A DNA stretch of 63,858 bases, counting the filler, from Octopus bimaculoides (Eukaryota): assembly GCF_001194135.2 (NCBI RefSeq). It is 7 parts of 7 records of this genome, joined end to end, with 100 filler letters (N's around TTAATTAATTAA, not from the genome) between each part and the next. Parts side by side here need not be neighbours in the genome. Positions count along the whole stretch, not along the records: positions 1 to 26,650 come from NC_068985.1; positions 26,751 to 46,082 come from NC_068982.1; 5 more parts are not named here. One strand, given 5' to 3'. The position numbers were made by a program, and so were the translations under genes. Under the pieces are notes generated by a model. It was not told the origin of the DNA and made no database searches. It worked only from the letters and a program-made list of their open reading frames with translations. Each line of letters opens with the position of its first letter. Within the stretch, counting starts at the first letter, position 1. Shown one piece after another: positions 23,400 through 33,875 of the stretch.

Positions 23400-23962
23400 C
23401 TCGGATGCGATTTTTTTCCCACGAGAGTTCCGGACTCCAGTTATAAACTCATTTACATACAGCCAATCAGAGTTCGACTATCAAACTAATTCATGAGCGT
23501 ATAACAAGTGATGGGCGATAAGATAAGATCACTTGGGTAAGGAATGACCATGCTTTTTTCTCTTTTAATAATGCTTTTTGTTCTTGTTCTTGTTTCAACA
23601 ATGGCTGCTTCTGCGTAGTTATTTGTGTTGTTGTTTACTTTGTAAAACATTAAGGGGAGAGGGGTGCTAACACATCACCCTCAACCCACATCTTTCCCAT
23701 CCACATCTTTACCACATGGGTCCCTAACAAAATCCGATAATAGGTAGAGATGCAAATCTATCTAATTACTTGTCTCCTTCTAAAGTCCGACATAACTTGG
23801 CGATCGGTCGGCTTGCAACACCGTTCTTCGTCTTGAGTTTACTTGGTAGAAGGTAAGCTCTGATTGGCTGTATGCAAATGAGTTCATTACTGGGGTCCAG
23901 AACTCTCGTGGGGAAAAATTTCGCGGATCGGATATCAAAAAGGTTGAGAACGACCGGTTTAG
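23400..23962. mobile_element. MITE-like element with about 75-bp inverted arms and a hAT-like right end
   Basis: 23402-23474 (...CCCACGAGAGTTCCGGACTCCAG...CATTTACATACAGCCAATCAGAG) is inverted at 23866-23932; AAAAAGGTTGAGAAC resembles Charlie termini. Confidence 0.55.
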
Positions 23963-23989
23963 ACAAACGAATCAACTTCAGTACTTGTT

Positions 23990-24190
23990 TTTGAATCTGG
24001 TACTTGTTCAATCGGTCTCTTTTGCCGAACCGCCAGATTGCGGAGACGTAAACAAACCAACACCGGCTGTCAAGCGAGGGAGGACAAACACAAAGGGATG
24101 CACACACATACACACACGCAGGCACATATACCATGGGTTTCCACACAGTTTCGGTCAACTAAATTCACTCACAAGGCAGTTATCAGCCCA
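23990..24190 (-). mobile_element. SINE family A, internal part
   Basis: Reverse complement of the body. Confidence 0.75.
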
Positions 24191-25199
24191 GGACTGTATT
24201 CGGACATGATAAGACCTTTCGCTGCGGAGATAGCCACAGGAGAATTTTTTTTTATTCAACACTGCTTCGTACAACATACGCATACATTCATATCTACACA
24301 CACGCGTGTGTATGTGTGTGTGTTTGTCCGTATTTGTGTGTAACGATTATTCCTCTATTCCAGGCGTCTTGACCGTCCACTGGCGTAGGACGTATATCTG
24401 CCAGAGGGTCAGGGGTTGCTCAGGGTCGTGTTACTGTATGACGTCCTGGCCCTAGGGCCCTCTCGAGTATACGGACGATCATATCGCTGATATCGCTTAT
24501 CCCGTACCATTTTCCCTTGAAATGTCACAGAACATTCCAGACATGCGATTCACCGCCATAATGGTGCTTTGCAAACACTTTACTAAATGACAAATATCAT
24601 TCCCCCCCCCCGCTCCCTTAAAAGTCATGACCACCACTATCAGCACCACCATCATCATCATCAATTACAACAACAACAAAAGCGACTGTCTGCAAGGCAA
24701 CAAAATTAAACACCGACTGCAACCAGCAACACCATGCAGCGTCACTTACCGCCGCTGCCGCCACCAGCAACAGTTAAAACAATACGAAATGACACCAGCA
24801 ACACGAGAAACAATAATACAGACAGTCCTACTTTTGTAAGAGACCCCNNNNNNNNNNNNNNNNNNNNNNNNNNNNNNNNNNNNNNNNNNNNNNNNNNNNN
24901 NNNNNNNNNNNNNNNNNNNNNNNNNNNNNNNNNNNNNNNNNNNNNNNNNNNNNNNNNNNNNNNNNNNNNNNNNNNNNNNNNNNNNNNNNNNNNNNNNNNN
25001 NNNNNNNNNNNNNNNNNNNNNNNNNNNNNNNNNNNNNNNNNNNNNNNNNNNNNNNNNNNNNNNNNNNNNNNNNNNNNNNNNNNNNNNNNNNNNNNNNNNN
25101 NNNNNNNNNNNNNNNNNNNNNNNNNNNNNNNNNNNNNNNNNNNNNNNNNNNNNNNNNNNNNNNNNNNNNNNNNNNNNNNNNNNNNNNNNNNNNNNNNAT

Positions 25200-25315
25200 A
25201 TAGGTTATGAGCAGTAGTGGTGTCAATGGGACATTGACACCACTGGAAACAGCTGTAAGACCTATTTATAAATGTTCTAAAATCTACACAGCCTTGGTTT
25301 TTTAATCTCATTACG
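25200..25315 (+). ncRNA. Degenerate hammerhead motif in a PLE pseudo-LTR fragment
   Basis: ATAGGT...(damaged core TTATGA)...13-bp stem II AGTGGTGTCAATG/CATTGACACCACT-G-GAAA-C-AGCT-GTA|AGACCTAT; downstream flank homologous to 885-942. Confidence 0.45.
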
Positions 25316-25324
25316 GAAAGTAAA

Positions 25325-25532
25325 TCCATATGTGTGTGTGTGTGTGTGTGTTTGTCCTCCCGCCATCGCTTGACAACCGATGTTCGTGTGTTTATGTCCC
25401 CGTAACTTAGTGGTTCGGCTACAGGGACCTATAGAATAAGTACCAGGCTTATAAAGAATAAGTCCTGGGGTCGATTTCTTCGACTCAAAGCGGTGCTCCA
25501 GAATGGCCGCAGTCAAATAACTAAAACAAGTT
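25325..25532 (+). mobile_element. SINE family A, 3' half
   Basis: Body and tail. Confidence 0.85.
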
Positions 25533-26029
25533 TAAAAAAAAAAAGATGTAGACAGACAGACAGGCAAGCAGAGAGAAAGACATGAAGTAGAGTCAAACAA
25601 ACAGACAAAGATAACAGAAATTAAAAAAGTGCCGAGAATAAATAAAACCAAAAGGATTTTTATAAGAAAAAAATACAATTACAGACGTTGGTAGGATTTT
25701 CTTGACTGCATATTTATTGGCTTTGTAAATAAAGCAATGGCTATTTTGGCATGGATGACCACTGGTCAAAGTTAACTACATGAAATGTACACAAAACGGC
25801 GGTGGACAGAGATACATGTAAACAAACAAGGAGGCTTCGTAAACTAACGCGTACGGCCACAAAGATAACAATCTTTAAATATACACTGAACTGACCTGTG
25901 GTGAGGGAAGTGACCACTGTCTTAATTAAACTGACCTCCCAACCTGAAATGACCACGGCCTTAAATAAACTCAAAATCAGAACTGACCAGGGTCTACACA
26001 AAAACAACACGTGTTGGCCAGTATTCTTT

Positions 26030-26390
26030 TATTTTTTTCTTTTACTAGTTTCTGTCATTTGACTGCGGCCTTGCTGGAGCATCGCCTTGAAGTGTTTTAG
26101 TCGAACAAACCGACTCCAAGACAGGACTTTTTTTTTAAAGCCTGGTACTTATTCTATCGGTTTCTCTTTGCCGAACCGCATCGTTACGCGAACGTAAACA
26201 CATCAATACCGGTTGTCAAGCGGTGGTAGGGGACAAACACAGACACACACACACATATATATACATGTGCTTCTTTCAGTTTCCGTCAACCAGGCTTTGG
26301 TCGGCCTGAAGCTGTAGTAGAAGACACTTTCCCAAAATGCCACGTAGTGGGACTGAACCCAGAACCATGTGGTTCAGAAGCAAGCTTCTT
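26030..26390 (-). mobile_element. SINE family A lacking its first about 20 nt
   Basis: Reverse complement of body and core; the head is replaced by a family B element. Confidence 0.85.
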
Positions 26391-26620
26391 ATTTCTTTAT
26401 TGTTCACAAGGGGCTAAACATAGAGGGGACAAACAAGGACAGATAAAGGGATTAAGTCGATTACATCGACCCCAGTGCGTAACTGGTACTTAATTTATCG
26501 ACCCCGAAAGGATGAAAGACAAATTTGACCTCGGCGGAATTTGAACTCAGAACGTAATGGCTGACGAAATACCGCTAAGCATTTCGCCCGGTGTGCTAAT
26601 GTTTCTGCCAGCTCGCCGCC
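26388..26620 (-). mobile_element. SINE family B, full length, low divergence
   Basis: GGCGGCGAGCTGGCAGAAAC head through AATAAAGAAATAAG tail. Confidence 0.9.
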
Positions 26621-26650
26621 TTCTGCTTTTAGAACTCTTTATCAAAACCA

Positions 26651-26750
26651 NNNNNNNNNNNNNNNNNNNNNNNNNNNNNNNNNNNNNNNNNNNNTTAATT
26701 AATTAANNNNNNNNNNNNNNNNNNNNNNNNNNNNNNNNNNNNNNNNNNNN
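26651..26750. other. Assembly spacer (44 N + TTAATTAATTAA + 44 N); also centred at 46127, 51826, 53076, 60054 and 62446
   Basis: Identical 100-bp construct at six places; the 12-mer gives stop codons in all six frames. Confidence 0.95.
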
Positions 26751-26987
26751 ATATATATATATATAAACAAATAATAAATGAGTATATGCATATATACGTA
26801 CAGGTATGTGCATACCTACGTCTACCTGTATATATAGGTGCATATCTGGGTACAGGACATTGCAAACAAAACGTAACGCACATATTCACATACAGGCATA
26901 TCTGAAACACACATATATGTGTGACTATATATATATATCTGTGTGTGTCCACGCGCGCGTGTTTATGTGTTTATTTTTATTCTCGTA

Positions 26988-27842
26988 TACGAGGTCTGAT
27001 CAATAAGTATCCGGACTGTTACCATAGTAACAAAGCCAAACCACGCAGAGTAAACTCGCTAGGACCTTGAACTCTGCTGTGCATGCACCCTACGTTGTAA
27101 CGTTCTAGCTCACTTCCGCTGTTTACAGTAGTAATTGGAAGGAAAGTGTGTAGCGTGTGATCGTCGCATTGACTACGACAGAAAGTTGTCATAGCGATAC
27201 CTGCTCAGAGGCCTACGTTAAGTTGCAGAAAGTGTATGGAGAGGAGTGTATGAGCCGCACACAAGTGTACGAGTAGTTCAGACATTTCCAAGCTGGCCGG
27301 AAAAATGACGGACGATCTCGGAGACCTGCAACCAGCAGAACGCAGATATGCGTGTATCTGTGAGGGAAAATCGTCGAATCACTATCCGTAAGTTATCAGA
27401 CGATGTGCAGATTAGTTACGGTTTAGTTCAGTCCATTATCACTGAAGATTTGGGTATGAGATGTGTGTCTGCCAAGTTAATACCAAAACTCCTTTCAGCT
27501 AACCAAAATGACACTGGGGTTTCAGTTGCACAAAATCTCCTTGATTGTGTCGAGAACGATGAAAACCGTTTGAAGAATTTTCGTAGGCGTCTGAGCAGAT
27601 ATCGCCAAGCTTTTGGCAAAATTTGATGCTCAACTTTTTCTATCATTTTCAATGCGACGATCACACGCTACATACCTTCCTTCCAAGCACTGCTATAAAC
27701 AGCGGAAGTAAGTTAGAACGTTAAAATTTAGTGCGCATGCACAACAAAGTTGAAGATCAGTCTGTGGCAAGCGGCTTCACTCTGCGTACTATAGCTTTGT
27801 TTCTATAGCAACAGTCCGGGTACTTATTGATCAAGCCACGTA
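26988..27842 (+). mobile_element. Non-autonomous mariner derivative built from two left ends
   Basis: TIR TACGAGGTCTGATCAATAAGTATCCGGACTG, TA flanks; transposase remnants (MSRTQVYE.F, RRITIRKL...LGMRCVSAKLIPKLL); about 27576-27842 is an inverted copy of the left end including the N-terminal coding part. Confidence 0.9.
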
Positions 27843-27969
27843 TATCCATGTATGTGTAAACAGATATATTCAAGTTCGATACATATTCTTTTTACCTTTA
27901 TCTATCTATTTATTGGAGCTGTTGATGATCTTCAAATATTGTTTACTTGGATTTGCCCATATCAAAATT

Positions 27970-28020
27970 CCTCAAGATCCTATCGTTTCTGAGCTTATTC
28001 AAGCTTATCTTCAGATTGAT
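27970..28020 (-). ncRNA. Degenerate hammerhead-like motif
   Basis: Minus strand CTGAAGA-TAAGCT tgaata AGCTCA-GAAA-C; the cleavage triplet and stem I are not canonical. Confidence 0.3.
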
Positions 28021-28204
28021 ATACGTTCAACTATCCAATCCGATGCCCGATTGTACAGAGGAATACTGAAGATACTGTGGAATTCATTATTTCATTATAT
28101 CCTGGTTTACAACCATTACATTTAATCAGGTATTTCAATACGTTCACTTAAGATAAGTGAAAAATATCAAGTACATATTCTGGAATATTACTTTATACCC
28201 CACT

Positions 28205-28258
<54 letters not shown>

Positions 28259-28489
28259 ACACACACAACTCCGCATATCACGCCCTTCTTGATTTATCTC
28301 TTTCCCTCTTTCATTCGCAGTAACTACGTACATAAATGTGTGCATGTGTCAAACATATATACATATCATATATATGCGTGTGTGCATGCGTATGTGTGTG
28401 CGTGCGTGTGTGCGTGTGTGCGTGTGTGCCTGTGTGTTTGCGTGTGTGTCTTCTGGTTTTTGCTGCACGAATATGATTAGAGCGCTCAA

Positions 28490-28700
28490 TACATGAACCG
28501 AAACTGCCGTGTTAGTGACAAACAAAATGCATAGCAGTATTTTTGTCAGTCGCTACATTCTGAGTTCAAATTCTGCAGAAGTCGATTTTGCCTTTCATCC
28601 TTTGGGAGTCGATAAATTAAATACCAGGGAAACACTGGCGTCGATGTAATCGACTAGTCCCCTTTCCGCAGAATTCCAGTCCTTTTGCCTTTAGCAGAAA
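28490..28700 (+). mobile_element. SINE family B
   Basis: GTTCTGAGTTCAAATTC...TTTCATCCTTTGGGAGTCGATAAA. Confidence 0.75.
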
Positions 28701-28704
28701 GTAT

Positions 28705-29330
28705 TATTGTTATTTTTAATTCAGGTTTCTTTGGAATTTATGGAGTCTTACATGCATAGCAGGCTTGCTACCTGCAGCCTACGGTACCATGATATCTGTT
28801 CTTTACAACTAGTACCGTCCCGATTATTCTCTCGTGCCAAGGAGGTAAAACTTTTGTAACAGTTCTACTGGGCACTCTATTCCAATTTCCTTGAAATTCC
28901 TCTTGATGTCTTCTGACACCGTCTACAAGGACTAACAACCATTGGCACTATCTTCACCTTCATCATTTTCCATAGCCGGGCTATTTCTTAGTTAAGAAGA
29001 TTGTATTTATCTATTTTTTTTTTCGCCTTCCTTCTTGATTATTCGAGATTCAAAAGGCACGCAATATTGCTATATAGCACATGTGGTGCACCTTGCCCAC
29101 TACTGCTAGGTCCGGTTTGTTATGCTCTGGCACATGATCTGTTTGGATTGAGAAATCCCACAGGATCTTGCAGGTCTCCGACTCCACCATTCGCTGCAAT
29201 TTCTGCTCATACCACGTTTTGCCTCTCTCTAGCCCCCTCCCCCAATTCTTACATAGTTCCCAATGTAGCACTTTCGCTACCTCATCATGTCACCACAGCT
29301 TGTAATGGTTTTGTGTAAGTCCAGGGTATT
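28705..29330 (-). mobile_element. R4/Dong-like non-LTR retrotransposon, 5'-truncated (restriction-like endonuclease remnant)
   Basis: HDEVAKVLHWELCK...WYEQK...KILWDFSIQTDHVPEHNKPDLAVV, then a degraded KVKIVP.V; (AAT)-type tail. Confidence 0.8.
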
Positions 29331-29335
29331 CGTTC

Positions 29336-29790
29336 ACGACTATGATTATTATTATTATTGAGTGAGAGAGCAGTGCATGCCATCACAGTGACACTGGAGT
29401 AAAAATATACAAAGCCCAGTATATCCATCATGACTACCCGTCAGATAAGGGTATACCAGGCACATGCATCACAACTATATGTGCGTGACATGGTGATCTC
29501 ATATCAAGATAAACAGCGCATGACTTTGCAAGTGGGGCCCAGTTAGAATTTTCTTCAGGTTGAGTAGCCCATCTCGCTCAGGGGGTCCCTGAATAACGGT
29601 TGTTTAAAGATGTTGAATGAAACACCCCTGTTTCCAGAGGTGAATTATTCAAACTTCAAAGAATTCCTCTCAACACATGGCTATGATGCTCCCCCGCTAC
29701 TTCTGCTCGTGATCAGAGATGCACATATCGTGAGCCACTAAGGGACATGCTGAACTGGTTAAGGTCAAAGAACTGACAAGCAAATCTGTG
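29336..29790. mobile_element. Dispersed repeat family F abutting (TAT)n
   Basis: 29700-29790 is the reverse complement of 44050-44140; class not determinable. Confidence 0.65.
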
Positions 29791-29829
29791 GTATTGAACA
29801 GAATCTTTTATGGCAAGCTGGTAGAACCA

Positions 29830-30050
29830 TTAGCCCACCGTAACATTGCTTTACAGCCCAAGCTGGCCCGACGGGTAAAATGCTTAGCAGCATTTCTTCA
29901 AATTCCGCCGAGGCTGACTTTGTCTTTCATCTTTTTGGGGCCGATAAAATAAGTGCCAATTGAGCACTGGGGACGATGTAATCGATTTACGCGTTCCTTC
30001 TAGAAGTTGCTGGCCTTGTGCCAAAATTTGAAATCATTATTCCTTCTGAT
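29830..30050 (+). mobile_element. SINE family B
   Basis: Central domain and tail similarity. Confidence 0.7.
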
Positions 30051-30605
30051 GGAACAAAACCCATAGATCCTTCAGACTTTCTGAGGCTAGCGGTTGATAT
30101 TGGAAGTCGAGAGCAGTACATTATGGTCAACATCAAAAGCAACGGGCATGTCTTTTAAAAAGTTAATAAGATTAAGTCCTTGAGTGAGGGGGAATCTTTT
30201 TATTATTATTATTTTTTTAAGGTACCCGCTTTGAAGTAAACAACTCAGATTTTAATGATGTTAAGTATTCAGTGTTGACAAATCAAATATTTAACATAAC
30301 GGGGGTCGAAGCATATTTGTCATTAATCTCTTGATACATGACTAGCTTTGGCTCCCTTGTCACTTCTGCAACTATACTGCTGTCAATGGCAACGATGTAT
30401 AAGCTTTCAGTTGAAGAAAATAAGGGGATTAGTGGAGCCTAAGTTATTCCTAGTGACGGTTGTAAATCTTTTGCTATAGGGCGCGTATCCATGTACCTGC
30501 ACACAGAGATAAGTGCATATGTAGGTACGGACGTATGAGTGTATTTATTTGTGTATGCATATAATGTATATATGTATGTACATACGCATACACACGTACA
30601 TACAA

Positions 30606-30649
<44 letters not shown>

Positions 30650-31019
30650 NNNNNNNNNNNNNNNNNNNNNNNNNNNNNNNNNNNNNNNNNNNNNNNNNNN
30701 NNNNNNNNNNNNNNNNNNNNNNNNNNNNNNNNNNNNNNNNNNNNNNNNNNNNNNNNNNNNNNNNNNNNNNNNNNNNNNNNNNNNNNNNNNNNNNNNNNNN
30801 NNNNNNNNNNNNNNNNNNNNNNNNNNNNNNNNNNNNNNNNNNNNNNNNNNNNNNNNNNNNNNNNNNNNNNNNNNNNNNNNNNNNNNNNNNNNNNNNNNNN
30901 NNNNNNNNNNNNNNNNNNNNNNNNNNNNNNNNNNNNTCTTTGACCACAACTTCGAGCTGGAGAACGTTTTATGAGAAATATTTGGCGGACAAAAACTGCA
31001 GAAACTCGTTCAATGTATG

Positions 31020-31230
31020 TACGTAGGTGTACTGAAAGGTTTCTGGCTTTAAAGGTGTCGCGAAAGTCCTGGTTGGAGGCTCAACCTTCTGAGTTCTTTT
31101 ACAGGGCTTAGAAAATCTGAAGAACGGTTGCAATAAGTGTGTGAACCTGAGAGGAGAATATGTTGAATAAAATCATAATTAACTGATCCTCCTTTATTTT
31201 CTTTTACCCAAAGCCACGAACTTTCTTCAG
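31020..31230 (+). mobile_element. Mariner internal-deletion derivative
   Basis: TIR-like TACGTAGGTGTACTGAAAGGTTTCTGGCTTT and AAAGCCACGAACTTT; C-terminus LENLKNGCNKCVNLRGEYVE*. Confidence 0.7.
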
Positions 31231-31651
31231 AATAAGACAGGCCTGATGGAAAGTAATCCGTATACAGTTTAGTTTTATAACACGTGCATTTGAAAAGCTG
31301 AAAACTGAAAATTGCTTACACAATACTTCCTCCTATCGGGTGTATGTTTATCTACTATTTTTAATGTTCTATTTTTATATACGTAATAATTTTTAATTTA
31401 AATAAACCCGTTTTCAAATATTGTAATAATATTATGAAATTTTTCAATATTCATTTTAATACATACATGAATGTATGTGAGTGTATGGAAATGCATATAT
31501 ACATATACACACGCACACATATATATGTGTATGCATGCATGTATTATGTATGTATCTATGCATGTATGTATGTATGTATGTATGTATGTATGTATGTACA
31601 TGTGTGTATGCCTATGTGTATGTGTGTGTGTGTGCGTATGTGCGTGTGTTT

Positions 31652-32036
31652 GGAGGTGCATGATTCTGTAGTTAGAGGTTCGGGCTTAGAATAGTGAGGC
31701 TGTATGTTCGATTCCCCGACCGGGCTGTGTGTTGTGTTGTTGAGCAAAACACTCTATTTCACGTTGCTTCAATTCACTCAGCTGTAGAAATGAATTGTGA
31801 CGTCACTGGTGCCAAGCTGTATCGGTGTTTGTCTTTTTGCTTGAACAACATCGGTGATGTGGTGAAAGGAGTCTGTTATATATAGGCGACTGCTGGTCTT
31901 TCTCGAACAATTGGACAACATCGATGGCATGAAGAGAGGAGACTAGTATACATGGGCAACTACTTGTCTTCCATAAAAACAACCTTGCCTGGACTTGTGC
32001 CTCGGAGGGGAACTATCTAAGTTCAATCCCATGGTC
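31652..32036 (+). mobile_element. tRNA-derived SINE (family E) with an internal duplication
   Basis: A box, B box ATGTTCGATTCC, TTGAGCAAAACACT core; the ACAACATCG... unit is repeated twice. Confidence 0.7.
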
Positions 32037-32037
32037 T

Positions 32038-32292
32038 ATACAAGGGGATACCCAAAAGTAACCGGAAACGTTCTCTGTGGGACAAACCTGTTGTAGTTCA
32101 GGCTTCCGCCGCTAGATGATGCGGCCCTCAAGCAGCAGTCTTCCGACCGGCGTCCTCAGTTACACTCGTACTGCCACGTGGTGCGTCTTTGCTTTTCAAT
32201 GTTTCTCTCCAGTTCGTCAATTTTTGCGATGGCGAAAACGAGAGAACAGCGTGTTTCTGTGAAATTCTGTTTTTTTTTTTTTCGCTGGGGAA
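32038..32292 (+). mobile_element. Mariner 5' fragment
   Basis: TIR-like GGGGATACCCAAAAGTAACCGGAA; N-terminus MAKTREQRVSVKFCF. Confidence 0.7.
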
Positions 32293-32329
32293 ATTATTAC
32301 AACTGATCACTATTATAAAAACACAGGCA

Positions 32330-33445
32330 TGCAGCAATATTTAGACTTTAGATGTTGCCATCCTTCTCATACAAAAAGAAACATACCTTTTAATATGTCA
32401 AGACGAATATGCACAATAGTTTCGGATACAAATAGACGAGAAAGACAATTTACAGAACTTAACTTGTTCCTTAAAAAACAAAAATACCTCTCCAAACTAA
32501 TATCCCAATCTCTAACTTACAAAAATACACTCACACTGAGGATAAACAAGAAAATATATATAAAAATGTTCCATTTGTTATCACCAACAATCCCAGGAAC
32601 CACAACATTCTACAATCAACTACACGCCTCCTACCAATTCTACATCAGTCCCTAAGTCTCCGACAAATACTTAAGGAACTGTGGTGTATGCGTGCGAGTA
32701 GAAGTAATCGGCTTACTTCGTTTTCCTTCCCTTGCACGAGTCTGTCCTGCGGTATCCGATCCTCGCGGCTGGCCCGACCCGAAGAACGCTAGAAATAGCA
32801 GCTGCTTCTCTCAACACCTAGACGATCACTTGGCACGTCCTCTCGTCACAACAACCCTTCTCGAAAAGAGGCACAAGATCCCAATCGAGGCTCCCTCTGC
32901 CCCTCTTCATCTTCCGGTCAGTTCACGGTTCCGGTCAGCGGTCAGCTCCCCAGTTGCTGACGTCATACCACAGGAACAAAAGATCATCAACAGCCGAAGA
33001 AACTATCAAACCATAAGAGACTGCTAACCAAGGCAAGATTCACATCAGATCTCATAACCAAGTGTGGAGATCCTCGATGTGGGACATGCGAATTAATCGA
33101 ACAGGGATCAGCCCAAAAATTGAAAAATGGGAAGGAATTAAAGGTAAATGCAAATATGAACTGCAAAACCAATAATCTGATATACTGTATCACATGCCCA
33201 CGATGCAATGGAAACTATGTTGGAGAAACAAAAAGCAAAATGCACTAACCGTCTAAATGTGCATAGACACCAAATAAAACATCCCTTGCTTAGATACGTA
33301 CCGTGTAACAACTACTTAGACACCTGTGCAAAAGGAAAATGCACAATATTTCCTTTTATAAAATAAATGAAGAAAACTATGCTCTTCGAAAGACAAAAGA
33401 AGAATATTTTATAAGCTATCTGAATCCGAAACTAAACTGGAAATA
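32330..33445 (+). mobile_element. Penelope-like (Neptune-type) retroelement remnant: RT thumb, Cys-rich linker and GIY-YIG endonuclease
   Basis: CHPSHTKRNIPFNMSRRICTIV; KCGDPRCGTCELI; NMNCKTNNLIYCITCPRCNGNYVGET; EEYFISYLNPKLN; frameshifted. Confidence 0.85.
32680..32972. mobile_element. Solo LTR inserted in the PLE
   Basis: TG...CA ends with short inverted termini (TGTGGTGTATG / CATACCACA), 5-bp TSD GGAAC (32675-79, 32973-77); removing it restores the PLE frame (KSLRQILKE|QKIINSRR). Confidence 0.75.
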
Positions 33446-33664
33446 ATCAACAACTTCACCTAAAACAACTTCCGCTGTATACAATAGTCATAACACGTGC
33501 TTAATAGCGCTGAGAACTGAAAGCGCTGGTACACTTTATTAAAGCCTACACAGAATTTGTGAAATTCTTTCCTAAAGTTGCGCACATGTAATCGTCTTTC
33601 CACCTCCCCCTAGATTGTTACCCTTGTGCCAACATTTTAAACCGATGATTTTACAGACCCTGGT

Positions 33665-33875
33665 CGACGAGCTGACGAATTCGTTCGCACGCCGGGCAAA
33701 ATGCTTAGCGGCGTTTCGCTCGTCTTACCGTTCTGAGTTCATATTCCGCCTAGGTCGACTTTGCCTTTCATCCTTTTGGGGTCGATAAAATAAGTACCAG
33801 TTGATCACTGGGGTCGATGTAATCGACTTACCCGCGTCCCCTGGAATTGCTGACCTGCCAAAATTTGAAACGAAT
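33665..33875 (+). mobile_element. SINE family B
   Basis: Head, B box, central domain. Confidence 0.85.

Noticed and set aside
26695-26706. Palindromic TTAATTAATTAA recurring six times
   Set aside because: Always centred in 44 N + 44 N; a scaffolding spacer, not biology.
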